A stretch of DNA of 64,000 nt from Planctomycetota bacterium (GCA_047638675.1 JBLIML010000001.1:13822-77821), one strand, 5' to 3'; positions 9,611-19,768 are shown, counted from the stretch's first letter. The notes: generated by a model not told the origin, from the sequence alone. Numbers and translations are program-made.

Positions 9611-10582
9611 ATGATAATAAGAAAGATCTGCATGCTAGGAGGGAGTGGCTTCGTTGGCCGCACTCTGGCGAACCAGTTGTATGCCGCAGGTTATCAGGTA
9701 AAAATCCTAACTCGTCATCGGGAGCCAAATCGAAATAATTTAATCGTGCTCCCTGAACTCGATCTGGTGGAAACAGACATTCATGATCAAAATAGCTTGA
9801 ACAGGCATTTCCGGGACTGCGATGCTGTGATTAACCTGGTCGGTATTCTAAACGAACGGGGTCGCAACGGCGCCGGTTTTCGACATGCGCATATTGAGTT
9901 GGTGGAGAAAATAATCCTGGCTTGCCATGAAAATGGTATTTCGCGCATCTTGCAAATGAGCGCACTGAACGCCGATGCAGAGAATGGCCCCAGTCATTAT
10001 CTGCGCAGCAAGGGCGAGGCCGAAAAGTTGTTGTTTGCTGAGGAGGGCCTGCAGGTAAGCTGTTATCGACCTTCGGTAATATTTGGCAGCAGCGACGATT
10101 TTTTTAATCGTTTTGCTCAATTATTGAAAATGATGCCTCTTATATTTCCACTAGCCTGCCCCCATTCGCGATTTGCGCCGGTTTTCGTTGAGGATGTTGC
10201 TGCGACTTTTGTAAGAACACTAACTGATCCCCACAGTTATGGAAAATCCTATTGCCTGTGTGGTCCTCTTAGTTACAGTCTGGAGGAGCTTGTGAAATAT
10301 ACTGCCACCTGTCTGAATATAAAGCGCCACATCTTGCCATTAACAAATAGCTTGTCTCGTTTGCAGGCCGCTGTATTTGATTTTGTGCCAGGCAAACCAT
10401 TTTCCACCGACAACTATCTGTCAACCAGGGTGGACAGCGTTTGCATGAGTAATGACCTGGCCAAACTGGGTATTACTGCAAGGGCCCTCGAGGGCGTCGT
10501 ACCCGAATACCTGGCAAATCGAAAACAACGGGCCCACTACCATGAATATCGTCAACAATCGCGTCGATCGTCCGGCATGTGA
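9611..10582 (+). CDS. NAD(P)-binding Rossmann protein of the NDUFA9-like, complex-I-associated family (epimerase/dehydratase fold).
   Basis: 323 aa. GGSGFVGR nucleotide-binding motif and the YxxxK region of the SDR-extended fold. The real start may be the internal Met at 9632. Confidence 0.7.
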   Translation: MIIRKICMLGGSGFVGRTLANQLYAAGYQVKILTRHREPNRNNLIVLPELDLVETDIHDQNSLNRHFRDCDAVINLVGILNERGRNGAGFRHAHIELVEKIILACHENGISRILQMSALNADAENGPSHYLRSKGEAEKLLFAEEGLQVSCYRPSVIFGSSDDFFNRFAQLLKMMPLIFPLACPHSRFAPVFVEDVAATFVRTLTDPHSYGKSYCLCGPLSYSLEELVKYTATCLNIKRHILPLTNSLSRLQAAVFDFVPGKPFSTDNYLSTRVDSVCMSNDLAKLGITARALEGVVPEYLANRKQRAHYHEYRQQSRRSSGM

Positions 10583-10676
10583 TTCAATCGGCATTCTGTT
10601 TGCTGAGGAATTCCTGGTTTCAAGTACAATAGCCCAGCAAATCCCTATGTGACATGAGCATATTCCCTCGATAAGA

Positions 10677-11897
10677 ATGAAAGTTTACAAAGTTGGCGGT
10701 GCTATACGCGATAAATTGCTAGGCCTGGCAGTTAAGGATCAGGACTGGGTTGTGGTTGGTAGCACGGCTCAACAACTGATTGATTTAGGTTATAAACCCA
10801 TCGGCAAAGATTTTCCGGTCTTTCTTCACCCCGATAGCAAGGAAGAATACGCCCTCGCCCGCACCGAAAGGAAAACCGCTCCTGGCTACAAGGGCTTCTC
10901 CTTTGACACAGATAAAAATGTCACTCTTGAAGAAGACCTGCAACGACGGGATCTGACAATCAACGCCCTCGCGGAAGACGAGCAATCCAATATTATTGAT
11001 TGCTTTAATGGTCGGGAGGATCTTGAGGCAGGTATTTTACGGCACATCTCTCCCGCTTTTACCGAAGATCCCCTGCGTGTTTTACGTGTGGCGCGTTTCG
11101 CCGCACGTTTCAATTTTCGGGTTGCCGATGAGACCAAAGTGCTAATGAAGGTTATCAGTGAATCGGGTGAACTCGACACGCTTGTTGCTGAACGTGTCTG
11201 GACCGAACTTGAACGTGCACTTTGTGAAGCCTTCCCTGTGCGTTTCTTCGAAGTACTTCGAGAATGCGGTGCGCTGAAACGGGTTTTCCCGGAAATAGAT
11301 CGTCTGTTCGGTATTCCCCAACCAGAAAAGCATCATCCTGAAATCGATTGCGGCATACACACTTTGATGGTCGTGGAACAGGCCTGCAAATTAACAAGCG
11401 ATCCCCTTATACGTTTCGCTGCACTGGTACATGATTTGGGGAAAGGCACGACACCTGAAGAACAATGGCCCAGCCACCGGGGTCATGAGGAACGAAGTGT
11501 CGGCTTAATTGAAAAAATGTGTGATCGCTATCGTATACCAAAAAGTTACCGAGGTCTGGCCGTCATTGTTGCCAGGCATCACCTTGATTGCCACCGTATC
11601 GCAGAAATGCGCCCGGACACTATATTGAGAAAGCTCGAGGCGATGGATGCTTTTCGCAGGCCGGATCGTTTTGAGCAGTTCCTCATCGCCTGTGAGGCAG
11701 ATATTCGGGGTCGCAAGGGATTCGAAGATCGAGATTACCCGCAAGCCGCGTATCTAAAAAGCGCGCTGGAAGCCGCGAGCGCTATAGATACGAGCAGTGT
11801 GCAAAAAGAGGCCATGAGTGGACCGGAAATCGCGCAGGTAATTGGCAAACTAAGAGTGGCTGCGATAGAAGAAGTTAGACGGCTGGCGAATAAGTAA
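10677..11897 (+). CDS. cca: Multifunctional CCA-adding tRNA nucleotidyltransferase with HD phosphohydrolase domain.
   Basis: 406 aa. N-terminal MKVYKVGGAIRDKLLG polymerase-beta-type head and an HD domain (HTLMV...HDLGK). Confidence 0.9.
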   Translation: MKVYKVGGAIRDKLLGLAVKDQDWVVVGSTAQQLIDLGYKPIGKDFPVFLHPDSKEEYALARTERKTAPGYKGFSFDTDKNVTLEEDLQRRDLTINALAEDEQSNIIDCFNGREDLEAGILRHISPAFTEDPLRVLRVARFAARFNFRVADETKVLMKVISESGELDTLVAERVWTELERALCEAFPVRFFEVLRECGALKRVFPEIDRLFGIPQPEKHHPEIDCGIHTLMVVEQACKLTSDPLIRFAALVHDLGKGTTPEEQWPSHRGHEERSVGLIEKMCDRYRIPKSYRGLAVIVARHHLDCHRIAEMRPDTILRKLEAMDAFRRPDRFEQFLIACEADIRGRKGFEDRDYPQAAYLKSALEAASAIDTSSVQKEAMSGPEIAQVIGKLRVAAIEEVRRLANK

Positions 11898-11933
11898 AGT
11901 TCCCCGCTGCAAGCAAACAAGGCGACAATCCTA

Positions 11934-12320
11934 TTGTCGCCCTGAGCAACTAGACCTGCCGCCCTGAGCATCGTCGAAGGGTCTCGGGACGGAGGCATTG
12001 TTCACAAGATCTCTCCACTTCGGTCGAGATGACAGGTTCTTTTATTTCACCCTAAGCAAAGAGTATTGTCACCCTGAGCAAGTGACCTTGTCACCCTGAG
12101 CATCTAACCTTGTCACCCTGAGCATCGTCGAAGGGTCTCGGGACGGAGGCGGGGCTCGACATATCTCTCCACTTCGGTCGAGATGACAGGTTCTTTTTTT
12201 TCACCCTAAGCAAAGAGTTTTGTCACCCTGAGCAAGTGACCTTGTCACCCTGAGCAACGCCGAAGGGTCTCGGAGCGGAGGCGCCGCTCGCAAGATCTCT
12301 TGAACGCCGCTTGGTCTCTG
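11934..12320. repeat. Composite tandem-repeat array. About 9 copies of a 14-bp motif TGTCACCCTGAGCA (partly as 22-bp tandem units) interleaved with 2.5 copies of an ~75-bp module.
   Basis: The motif occurs at about 11934, 11956, 12046, 12066, 12088, 12110, 12198, 12219 and 12243. The module TCGTCGAAGGGTCTCGGGACGGAGGC...ATCTCTCCACTTCGGTCGAGATGACAGGTTCTTTT is repeated at 11970-12045 and 12124-12197, with a partial copy at 12258-12320. Each 22-bp unit carries a GTCAC...GTGAC hairpin. The array lies between convergent cca and uppP. Confidence 0.8.
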
Positions 12321-12401
12321 TTCCAGACTCGACCCTACCACTCACTTCCATGTGAGCGTCCCGACGCGTTTCTACCACCTGGCTCCTGCATGCAAGTAAT
12401 A

Positions 12402-13193
12402 CTAATAAATAGCAAATATTGCCAGTCCCAGAACCACGCGATAAATGACATAAGGCAGCATACCCGTGCGATCCAGCAATCTAAGAAAATAATGGATCGA
12501 TAACCAGGCAGTAACAAAGGCCACAGCGCTGACTGCGAGGACCGAAATCCAGTCAATATTCAGTTGCTGCGAAGATAACTTAAAGGTCTCGTAAGCTGTG
12601 GCCAGAATAATGACCGGTACTGCCAGTAAAAAAGAAAAGCGCGATGCAGCTTGTCGATTCATCCCTAACATAAGACCGGCAGTTATTGTGATGCCCGAAC
12701 GGGAAGTGCCTGGGATAATAGCGATTGCCTGGGCGACACCAATAAGCAAAGCATCTCTCCATCCAAGCTGATCCCGCTCACGTGTCTGCGCACCAAATTT
12801 ATCGGCCCACCACAGCATTAGACCAAAGCCAATCGATGCAGAAGCAATGACCTGCGGATCACGTAAGGTTGTCGCGACAAAGTCATGCAAAAACAGACCT
12901 GAGAGACCAACGGGTATCGTCGCGACCATTAAATACCAGAGCAAATAATCCTTTTTCTGATTTGCCGGATCGAATGAAGCAATCCATCCCGATGTCATGC
13001 TCTGCAGGTCTTTACGAAAATACAATAACACGGCGCCCAAACTACCGGCATGCACGGCAACGTCATAGACAATTCCCTGATCATTCCAGCCCATCAGGGC
13101 GGGCAAAAGAATCAGGTGCGCCGAACTGGAGATTGGCAGAAATTCAGTAAGGCCCTGTATTATCCCAAGTATTATTAAGTGTGCTAACTCCAA
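12402..13193 (-). CDS. uppP: Undecaprenyl-diphosphate phosphatase.
   Basis: 263 aa. MELAHLIILGIIQGLTEFLPISSSAHL N-terminus and the PGxSRSG motif of the BacA/UppP family. Confidence 0.9.
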   Translation of the reverse strand: MELAHLIILGIIQGLTEFLPISSSAHLILLPALMGWNDQGIVYDVAVHAGSLGAVLLYFRKDLQSMTSGWIASFDPANQKKDYLLWYLMVATIPVGLSGLFLHDFVATTLRDPQVIASASIGFGLMLWWADKFGAQTRERDQLGWRDALLIGVAQAIAIIPGTSRSGITITAGLMLGMNRQAASRFSFLLAVPVIILATAYETFKLSSQQLNIDWISVLAVSAVAFVTAWLSIHYFLRLLDRTGMLPYVIYRVVLGLAIFAIY

Positions 13194-13253
13194 ATTAATT
13201 TCCAGATATTTAAATTAATACTTCCTGCAATTTTATTGCCCATCAATATATGA

Positions 13254-13976
13254 TCAAAAAACAGGCAGAAAAACCGCCGTTGCTATGCGCTGTATGATTT
13301 TTATTAAGGTTCGACTTGTTTTGCCAACAATAATGACTGCCATTGTATCCTGTAAGGCAATGAGTTTGCCAAACAACCTCTCGTAACTGAGGTTAGTGAC
13401 TTCACCAGGAAGTGAATTGCTATAGAGATATAACTCATTGTTTATATCATAATCGTGTCCCAGCTTCCAAAGCGCTATTTCAATATTCCTGGCGCTGTTA
13501 TATAGATTCTGTGGATCTGCTGAATCGAAAAGGAAGAATTCTTCCCTGTATCCATAGGAAGACATGATCATTGAGGTTAATCCTACGATAAAGGCAAAAA
13601 CACGATCACCTTTATACTGTTCGCTGAAGGTTAGCTTTACGGCATCAATACCCATCGCACCATTCAGTTCGGGAAAATTCCAACCATGTCTTTGCTCAAA
13701 AACTCGGTCAATATTCTCTTCAGCGCCGGGATAGTTGGATTTCTTCAGTTCTCTCGGATTACGCTTATATAACTTGCCCATTAATGCACGTAAATAACTT
13801 CTCGCTTCATGCACATGCACTTCCATCACTATGCCGATATCAGTTTTTGCTAAAGAGTCAAAATTGAATTCTTTAGCATCGGGCCCATCTGCTTTAGTGT
13901 TGGATTGGCTACAGGCACTGAGGATTGCGCCGGTCATCAAGAATGTTGCAACTCTGATGGCTGAACGAAAATTCAT
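13254..13976 (-). CDS. Hypothetical lipoprotein.
   Basis: The likely start is the internal Met (MNFRSAIRVATFLMTGAILSACSQ), with lipobox L-S-A-C. No recognisable catalytic motif. The longer ORF would overlap the upstream gene. Confidence 0.5.
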   Translation of the reverse strand: MNFRSAIRVATFLMTGAILSACSQSNTKADGPDAKEFNFDSLAKTDIGIVMEVHVHEARSYLRALMGKLYKRNPRELKKSNYPGAEENIDRVFEQRHGWNFPELNGAMGIDAVKLTFSEQYKGDRVFAFIVGLTSMIMSSYGYREEFFLFDSADPQNLYNSARNIEIALWKLGHDYDINNELYLYSNSLPGEVTNLSYERLFGKLIALQDTMAVIIVGKTSRTLIKIIQRIATAVFLPVF

Positions 13977-14013
13977 AATCCAGTTTAGATATATGGTAAA
14001 CGAAACTTCTGAA

Positions 14014-15192
14014 TTAAAGACGCCGGCGATGATCAATCAAACTAAAACCGGCAAGCTCAGTTTCAATATCCCGACTGAGGGCAATGACCTTGAATCGCTC
14101 GCCCATTTCACCTGGCAGGGTCAATAGTTTTATTTGTCGACTGAATTCTAGCTGCTGAATCTGACTCATGTCTTTCCGTTCGTGCATGATCTGTTCGAGT
14201 CCGCACGCCATTAGAAAATAAGCTTGAGTGGTAAAACCGGACACACTCAGTTTTGCACTTACAGCAGCTTCTGCCACGGCCGTAAAATCTACCGAAGCGC
14301 TAATGTCCTGCAAACCGACATACAAAAAGGGATCTGACTGTGCCCGATGTCGATAGTGGCAAATCAAAGTGCCCTGTGAGCGTTGTTCATGATAATACTC
14401 ATGACGTGAATAACCGTAATCAACAAATAACATGACCCCACGCCGCAAACAATCCGACATGGATTTAATCCAGGCAGGAAGATTGCCGTTTATCTCAGAT
14501 GTGTAACCGTCATCAAATGACGTAGTCGAATCTTGAATAATATTCTCAATTTTTTGAGTGAGCTCATCATTCGCGTCATACCGTCCCCAGGCGAAACCAT
14601 CTTCTTTCCATTCGACATGTAACTCTTCTATTTTCTTTTTCCCCAGGCGAAAGCGCTGCACCGGCATGGCATCCAGAACCTCATTCGCCAGGATAAGACC
14701 CTCAAAACCATCTTCTGGCAATGCATCCAGCCAGCATACTTTTGACATGAGTTCAGGTATTCGTGCCAACAACAAATCCTGCTGTCTTTGTCTTAGATCA
14801 GCGCCAGGTTCCAGTATGTAATACTTTATGGGAAGAGAATTCAGATTTTGTAATTCCTTAAGTAGATCGCTGGCAAGAACCCCAGTGCCTGCACCTAATT
14901 CCAGAATCATCGGCTGATCCAACTCATTCATCACCTCGGCGCATTGTCTGGCAAGGCAAATTGAAAACAAGGGTGATATTTCCGGTGCTGTAGTGAAATC
15001 GCCGCTTTCACCAAATTTGATGGCGCCCGCACTGTAGTAACCAAGACCAGGTTCATACAAGGCCATCTGCATGAAACGGGAGAAACTGATATGACCTTCG
15101 TTATCTTTTATCTGATCACGGATGACTTCTTGCAAAGCCAGACTGTGAGTCAGTGCATGTTCATCCGGCAGGGGTAACTCTGTTATTGACAC
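14014..15192 (-). CDS. Class I SAM-dependent methyltransferase, MidA/NDUFAF7 (DUF185) family.
   Basis: 392 aa. ILELGAGTG SAM motif I and the family-specific FDDGYTSEINGNLPAW segment. Confidence 0.75.
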   Translation of the reverse strand: MSITELPLPDEHALTHSLALQEVIRDQIKDNEGHISFSRFMQMALYEPGLGYYSAGAIKFGESGDFTTAPEISPLFSICLARQCAEVMNELDQPMILELGAGTGVLASDLLKELQNLNSLPIKYYILEPGADLRQRQQDLLLARIPELMSKVCWLDALPEDGFEGLILANEVLDAMPVQRFRLGKKKIEELHVEWKEDGFAWGRYDANDELTQKIENIIQDSTTSFDDGYTSEINGNLPAWIKSMSDCLRRGVMLFVDYGYSRHEYYHEQRSQGTLICHYRHRAQSDPFLYVGLQDISASVDFTAVAEAAVSAKLSVSGFTTQAYFLMACGLEQIMHERKDMSQIQQLEFSRQIKLLTLPGEMGERFKVIALSRDIETELAGFSLIDHRRRL

Positions 15193-15479
15193 TAGATGAT
15201 AACTTCGCGCATTAAACCGCCAAATTCAACATGCGCACAACAGCGAGCCAGGATAAAAAGAGGAAGATATAAACGCATGTCCGATATTAATTCGTAAATT
15301 GAAGAAAAGTTTCGAATGCTTATTCTGTTTTTATGAAGATTTCTTTGTCATACTCAGCAACCTGGAAATAATGAAGTTCCCCATTGACATAATACTTATC
15401 TATTTTGGCACTTCATTGGCAATAGTTACCCCGGTTACTATATACAATGTGTTGTGAACTATACTTTCATACGTAAACT

Positions 15480-16211
15480 ATGACTAGCAAAACAGTCCTC
15501 ATTACTGGCGCCGCGCATCGTATCGGTGCGGCTATTGCACGCAATCTTCACGACAACAATATGGATGTGATCATCCACTATTATCAATCACGAGCGGCGG
15601 CCGAAGAACTCGTCGCTGATTTGAACAGCAAACGAGGCAACTCGGCACATCTTATTCAAGGTGATTTACTGGAGTTCGAGAGCTATAGCAATATAATCGA
15701 GCAAGCCTACGAATTTAGAAGCCGTCTTGATGTTCTGGTTAATAATGCCTCTTCATTTTTCCCAACGCCCTTTGGCCAAATCACGGCCGCCCAATGGCAG
15801 AACCTCATCGGTGTTAATATGCAAGCACCTTTGTTCCTGGCCCAGCATGCTGCTGAGTATCTCAGTGCCAGTAATGGATGCATAATTAATCTGACAGATA
15901 TTCACGCACTTCGTCCCCTGAAAAATCATGCGGTCTATAGTACGGCGAAGGCTGGACTGGTAATGCTAACTAAAGCCATGGCCAAAGAGCTTGGACCGGC
16001 TGTCCGCGTTAACGGATTGTCGCTCGGAGCCGTACTCTGGCCTGAAAACATGGATGATGAAAAGCAGCAACATATTCTTGAGCAAATCACATTGGAACGT
16101 ATTGGCGATCTAACTGACGTTGCAAGTGCTATACGCTTTCTAATCGACGAAGCTACGTATATGACTGGTCAGATTTTGACTATTGATGGTGGCCGAACGC
16201 TTTATTCATGA
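15480..16211 (+). CDS. Short-chain dehydrogenase/reductase, pteridine reductase-like.
   Basis: 243 aa. TGAAHRIGAAIA NADPH-binding motif, a YxxxK catalytic dyad, and pteridine-reductase-like spacing. Confidence 0.7.
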   Translation: MTSKTVLITGAAHRIGAAIARNLHDNNMDVIIHYYQSRAAAEELVADLNSKRGNSAHLIQGDLLEFESYSNIIEQAYEFRSRLDVLVNNASSFFPTPFGQITAAQWQNLIGVNMQAPLFLAQHAAEYLSASNGCIINLTDIHALRPLKNHAVYSTAKAGLVMLTKAMAKELGPAVRVNGLSLGAVLWPENMDDEKQQHILEQITLERIGDLTDVASAIRFLIDEATYMTGQILTIDGGRTLYS

Positions 16212-16259
16212 TCTATGATAAAATTTTCATTCAAGCAATAGAAACCACTCTACACAATC

Positions 16260-16628
16260 ATGTTAATAGAAATCCCTGACGTAAAACAGCTGAGCGGAGA
16301 ACCTAAACGCCGATGGTTTTCCTCACCTTCGTTGGATCTCTTCCTTTGGTACGATGAGAAAGATAAGATCATTCAATTTCAGATCTGTTACGGCAAGGGA
16401 CCCAACGAGCACGCGCTCACCTGGCAACAGGAAGGCGGGCTGCTCCATCATTCCGTGGATGATGGTGAGAACCGATCTTTTCGAATGAAAAGCACGGCAA
16501 TCATGGTGAGTGGTAGTGACTTTGATGCCGAAAAAATTGCCGGGCAATTTGAACAATTGGCCGGAAATATAGATTACAAAACCGTTCAATTCATCTTATC
16601 CAAAATAATGTCCAAGGAAGATCTTTAA
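16260..16628 (+). CDS. Hypothetical 122-aa protein.
   Basis: ORF translationally coupled (3-nt gap) to the following secreted-protein gene. Confidence 0.4.
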   Translation: MLIEIPDVKQLSGEPKRRWFSSPSLDLFLWYDEKDKIIQFQICYGKGPNEHALTWQQEGGLLHHSVDDGENRSFRMKSTAIMVSGSDFDAEKIAGQFEQLAGNIDYKTVQFILSKIMSKEDL

Positions 16629-16630
16629 AT

Positions 16631-17503
16631 ATGAAAACTCCTTTTTTGATTCTAAACACTTATCTGACTGCCATTTTACTTTCCTCCAACGTCTACGCCG
16701 ACGTTATGAACCTCAATGAACTATGGCAAGTGGATGAGTTTAGCGATCCAGAAGCCGTCATTTACGCTGAGCGGACGAATAGTCTATATGTATCCAATAT
16801 TAACGGTAAGCCTGCGGAAAAAGACGGCAATGGGTTTATTTCAAAAGTGTCGATGGAAGGCGAGATAGTGGAAAAAAACTGGTCTACTGGATTCAACGCG
16901 CCAAAAGGTCTTGCCATACACGGTACTCGCTTGTACGTCGCCGATGTGGATGAGTTAGTGGAGGTAAGTCTGGACACCGGTGAGATCCTCAATCGTTATA
17001 CTGATTCCGAGGCAAAATTTTTCAACGATGCCGTCGCCGCCAATGATGGCTCAATCTATGTGGCTGATACGAAGACAAACACCATACATCAATTGAAAAA
17101 TGGGAAATTTATCCGCTGGCTGAACTCCGCCGAGTTGAGAGGTCCGAATGGCTTACTCCTTGAATCCGAAAGAATGCTTGTGACCGCCTGGGGCACAGAT
17201 GAAGGATCTGAGGCCATTTCGGGTCAAGTGCTAGGCATCTCAATGCTGGATAAATCGATTACGATTGTTGGTAATGAACACACTAAAGGAAACCTGGACG
17301 GTATAAAGGTCAATAATAATGGCGATTACTTCATCACTGACTGGATGTTGGGAAAATTATTGCTCTTGCCTGCCTCAGGTGCAGTGCAAACCCTGCTTAG
17401 TCTTGAACAAGGGACGGCTGATCTGGAATATATTCAATCAAAGGACATACTGATATTGCCGATGATGAAAAGCAATAAGTTGATCGCATACAAAGTACAG
17501 TAG
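16631..17503 (+). CDS. Secreted beta-propeller-like protein (SMP-30/gluconolactonase/LRE-like or NHL-type repeats).
   Basis: 290 aa. N-terminal signal peptide and repeated LYVAD.../IYVADT... blades. Confidence 0.5.
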   Translation: MKTPFLILNTYLTAILLSSNVYADVMNLNELWQVDEFSDPEAVIYAERTNSLYVSNINGKPAEKDGNGFISKVSMEGEIVEKNWSTGFNAPKGLAIHGTRLYVADVDELVEVSLDTGEILNRYTDSEAKFFNDAVAANDGSIYVADTKTNTIHQLKNGKFIRWLNSAELRGPNGLLLESERMLVTAWGTDEGSEAISGQVLGISMLDKSITIVGNEHTKGNLDGIKVNNNGDYFITDWMLGKLLLLPASGAVQTLLSLEQGTADLEYIQSKDILILPMMKSNKLIAYKVQ

Positions 17504-17532
17504 ATACGCATCGAGAACGAGAAATTACGCTG

Positions 17533-18399
17533 ATGAAAATATACCGCGATTTTAGCTCACAAGAACAAATCGACGCTCAATACAATATCGGTGCCTCTAT
17601 GCCGGGCTGGGAATCTTATATTGAACGTTACATTGATGACAGTAAGAAAGCCCGTGAGTCGATGAACTGTGCGCTCGATATTCAATATGGACCGACCCTG
17701 GACGAACAGCTCGACATTTTCCCTTCAGCAAAACCAAATTCGCCGATACTTGTGTTTATCCATGGCGGCTACTGGCGAGCGCTATCCAGTAAGGAGTTCA
17801 GTTTCATCGCCAGCACGCTGGTAAAAAATGACATCACTGTCGTCATCAACAATTATTCTTTGTGTCCAAAAGTGTCCATTGCAGAGATCACTCGCCAAAA
17901 TCGATCCGTGATTGCCTGGCTGGCCAGGGATGCACACAAATACAATGGCGATCCGAAGAAAATATTTGTCTCTGGCCACTCTGCAGGTGGGCATCTGACG
18001 GCAATGGTTTGTTCGACCAACTGGCAAAAGGAATATGGCCTGAGCCAGGACCTGATCAAAGGGGGTATTGCTATTAGCGGTATCTATGACCTGCAACCCT
18101 TTCGTTATTCCTACCTACAACCCGTACTTTTACTCAGCCACGAATTAATCAGGGAACAAAGCCCGTGTTTTGTTCTTCCGGAAGATGGCCCGCCGATGCT
18201 TATGACGGTGGGCGAAAAAGAATCGTCGGAGTTTCATCGGCAGGCACAGGACTATCAGCAAGCCTGGCAGTCCACAGGAAAGCAGAGCGAGTTTCAGGTT
18301 GAAGCAGGCGAGGATCACTTCTCAATTTTGTACAATATGCTGGATCCTGCTACACCATTGTTTAATAAGGTGATGGAGATGATTAAAGCCGGTAGCTAA
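17533..18399 (+). CDS. Alpha/beta-hydrolase, arylformamidase (kynurenine formamidase)-like esterase.
   Basis: 288 aa. HGGYW oxyanion motif and a GHSAGGHL nucleophile elbow, as in the AFMID/Bna7 family. Confidence 0.6.
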   Translation: MKIYRDFSSQEQIDAQYNIGASMPGWESYIERYIDDSKKARESMNCALDIQYGPTLDEQLDIFPSAKPNSPILVFIHGGYWRALSSKEFSFIASTLVKNDITVVINNYSLCPKVSIAEITRQNRSVIAWLARDAHKYNGDPKKIFVSGHSAGGHLTAMVCSTNWQKEYGLSQDLIKGGIAISGIYDLQPFRYSYLQPVLLLSHELIREQSPCFVLPEDGPPMLMTVGEKESSEFHRQAQDYQQAWQSTGKQSEFQVEAGEDHFSILYNMLDPATPLFNKVMEMIKAGS

Positions 18400-18498
18400 A
18401 GTATTATTTTGGGCTAAATCTCGGCAAATTACGCGCTTTATCCGTGACAGCACTATGAGGCTATTACGCTTGGTGGAAATGGATTTCGATGTTGCTAT

Positions 18499-18921
18499 TT
18501 ATTCTCCAGACTCCAGAATCTCGAAATCGTGAGTAATTAGTGCGGTTTTGCCCAGCATAATGGATGCTGAGCAGTACTTTTCCGCCGACAGGTTGATCGC
18601 TCTTTCCACCTGTTTTTCCTTCAGGCCTTTGCCCATCACGATGAAGTGGATGTGGATATCGGTGAACACTTTTGGGTGCTCGTCGGCTCTACTGGCGGAC
18701 ATTGTCATCGTGCAATCCTGAATATCCTGTCTCGATTTTTGTAGAATAGAAACAACATCATAAGCCGTGCAAGCCCCCATTCCCAGTAGCAGGGTTTCCA
18801 TTGGTCGGGCACCCAAATTACGACCACCGCCCTCAGGTGGACCATCCATGACGATCTTATGTCCATCGCCGGACTCACCTATAAAAGTAGCGCCACCGGC
18901 CCACGATATTTTTGTCTCCAT
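18499..18921 (-). CDS. osmC: OsmC/Ohr family peroxiredoxin-like protein.
   Basis: 140 aa. Both conserved Cys segments are present (GMGACTAYD... and KYCSAS). Confidence 0.85.
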   Translation of the reverse strand: METKISWAGGATFIGESGDGHKIVMDGPPEGGGRNLGARPMETLLLGMGACTAYDVVSILQKSRQDIQDCTMTMSASRADEHPKVFTDIHIHFIVMGKGLKEKQVERAINLSAEKYCSASIMLGKTALITHDFEILESGE

Positions 18922-19034
18922 TTATCCCTCCAACTGGTTGATTTCTTGAAAGAAGAGTAACATAGTCATCTCATAGGAAAAAACTAGAGCGCAATACAAG
19001 TCCGGACAGCATTGGACGAGGGGAGAAAAAACAA

Positions 19035-19670
19035 ATGAGCGATCAGCCTTTGCAAGGCCGTGATGTCGTTATCAGTAAATTTCTGGATCATTGCCATCAG
19101 AAATCTTACCCGGCGAAACATCTTATCATTAAGGAAGGCGACCTTTCCAAAGACCTGTATTACATTATCTCAGGCTCTGTTACCGTCATGATCGAAGACC
19201 AGAAAGGTCATGAGATAGTCCTCGCCTACCTTAATCCCGGAGACTTTTTTGGCGAAATTGGCCTTTTCGATACAGAACACAAACGTAGTGCTTTCGTGCG
19301 CGCGAAAAGCGCCTGCGAAATTGCCCAGATAAGCTATGACCGCCTGAAAGGGATGCAGGAGTTATTCCCTGGTCTGTTGTATGCCATTGCCTCTCAACTT
19401 GCCATGCGTCTGCGTAAGACCAGCCGCAAGGTCAGCGATTTGGCTTTCACTGATGTCAAGGGGCGGGTAGCACGTACCCTGCTTGATCTTTGTAAGGAAC
19501 CAGATGCGATTACCCACCCGGACGGTATGATGGTAAAAGTCACTCGTCAGGAATTGGGTCGAATAGTGGGTTGTTCGCGAGAAATGGTGGGACGCGTCCT
19601 CAAAGACCTCGAAGAAGACCATCTCATTTCCGTATCGGGCAAATCCATGGTGGTGTTCGGCACGCGTTGA
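19035..19670 (+). CDS. crp: cAMP receptor protein (Crp/Vfr-type global regulator).
   Basis: 211 aa. cNMP-binding domain (GDFFGEIGLF) and a C-terminal HTH (TRQELGRIVGCSREMVGRVLK), close to enterobacterial CRP. Confidence 0.85.
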   Translation: MSDQPLQGRDVVISKFLDHCHQKSYPAKHLIIKEGDLSKDLYYIISGSVTVMIEDQKGHEIVLAYLNPGDFFGEIGLFDTEHKRSAFVRAKSACEIAQISYDRLKGMQELFPGLLYAIASQLAMRLRKTSRKVSDLAFTDVKGRVARTLLDLCKEPDAITHPDGMMVKVTRQELGRIVGCSREMVGRVLKDLEEDHLISVSGKSMVVFGTR

Positions 19671-19716
19671 CTAAAGAGTTTGAAGGAGATCGTTGACGGT
19701 CTCCGGTAATCCTATC

Positions 19717-19745
19717 TTGACAAGCCGCAGCAGAGTAAAGACAAT
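19717..19745 (+). promoter_or_regulatory. Putative sigma70 promoter for the tRNA-Met gene.
   Basis: Perfect TTGACA at 19717-19722, a 17-nt spacer, and GACAAT (4/6 match to TATAAT). An 8-bp stem hairpin (GGAGATCG ttga CGGTCTCC) lies just upstream at about 19686-19705, after crp. Confidence 0.3.
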
Positions 19746-19768
19746 CCGTTTCCCTGCAAAAACGTAAC

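Noticed and set aside
9307-9663. 118-aa minus-strand ORF.
   Set aside because: It overlaps the slt 3' end and the start of the NDUFA9-like gene on the opposite strand. It has no support.
11934-12320. Considered a CRISPR array.
   Set aside because: The repeat units are only 14-22 bp. Spacing is irregular, with long interleaved modules. No cas genes or leader are nearby. It fits a REP/BIME-like repeat better.
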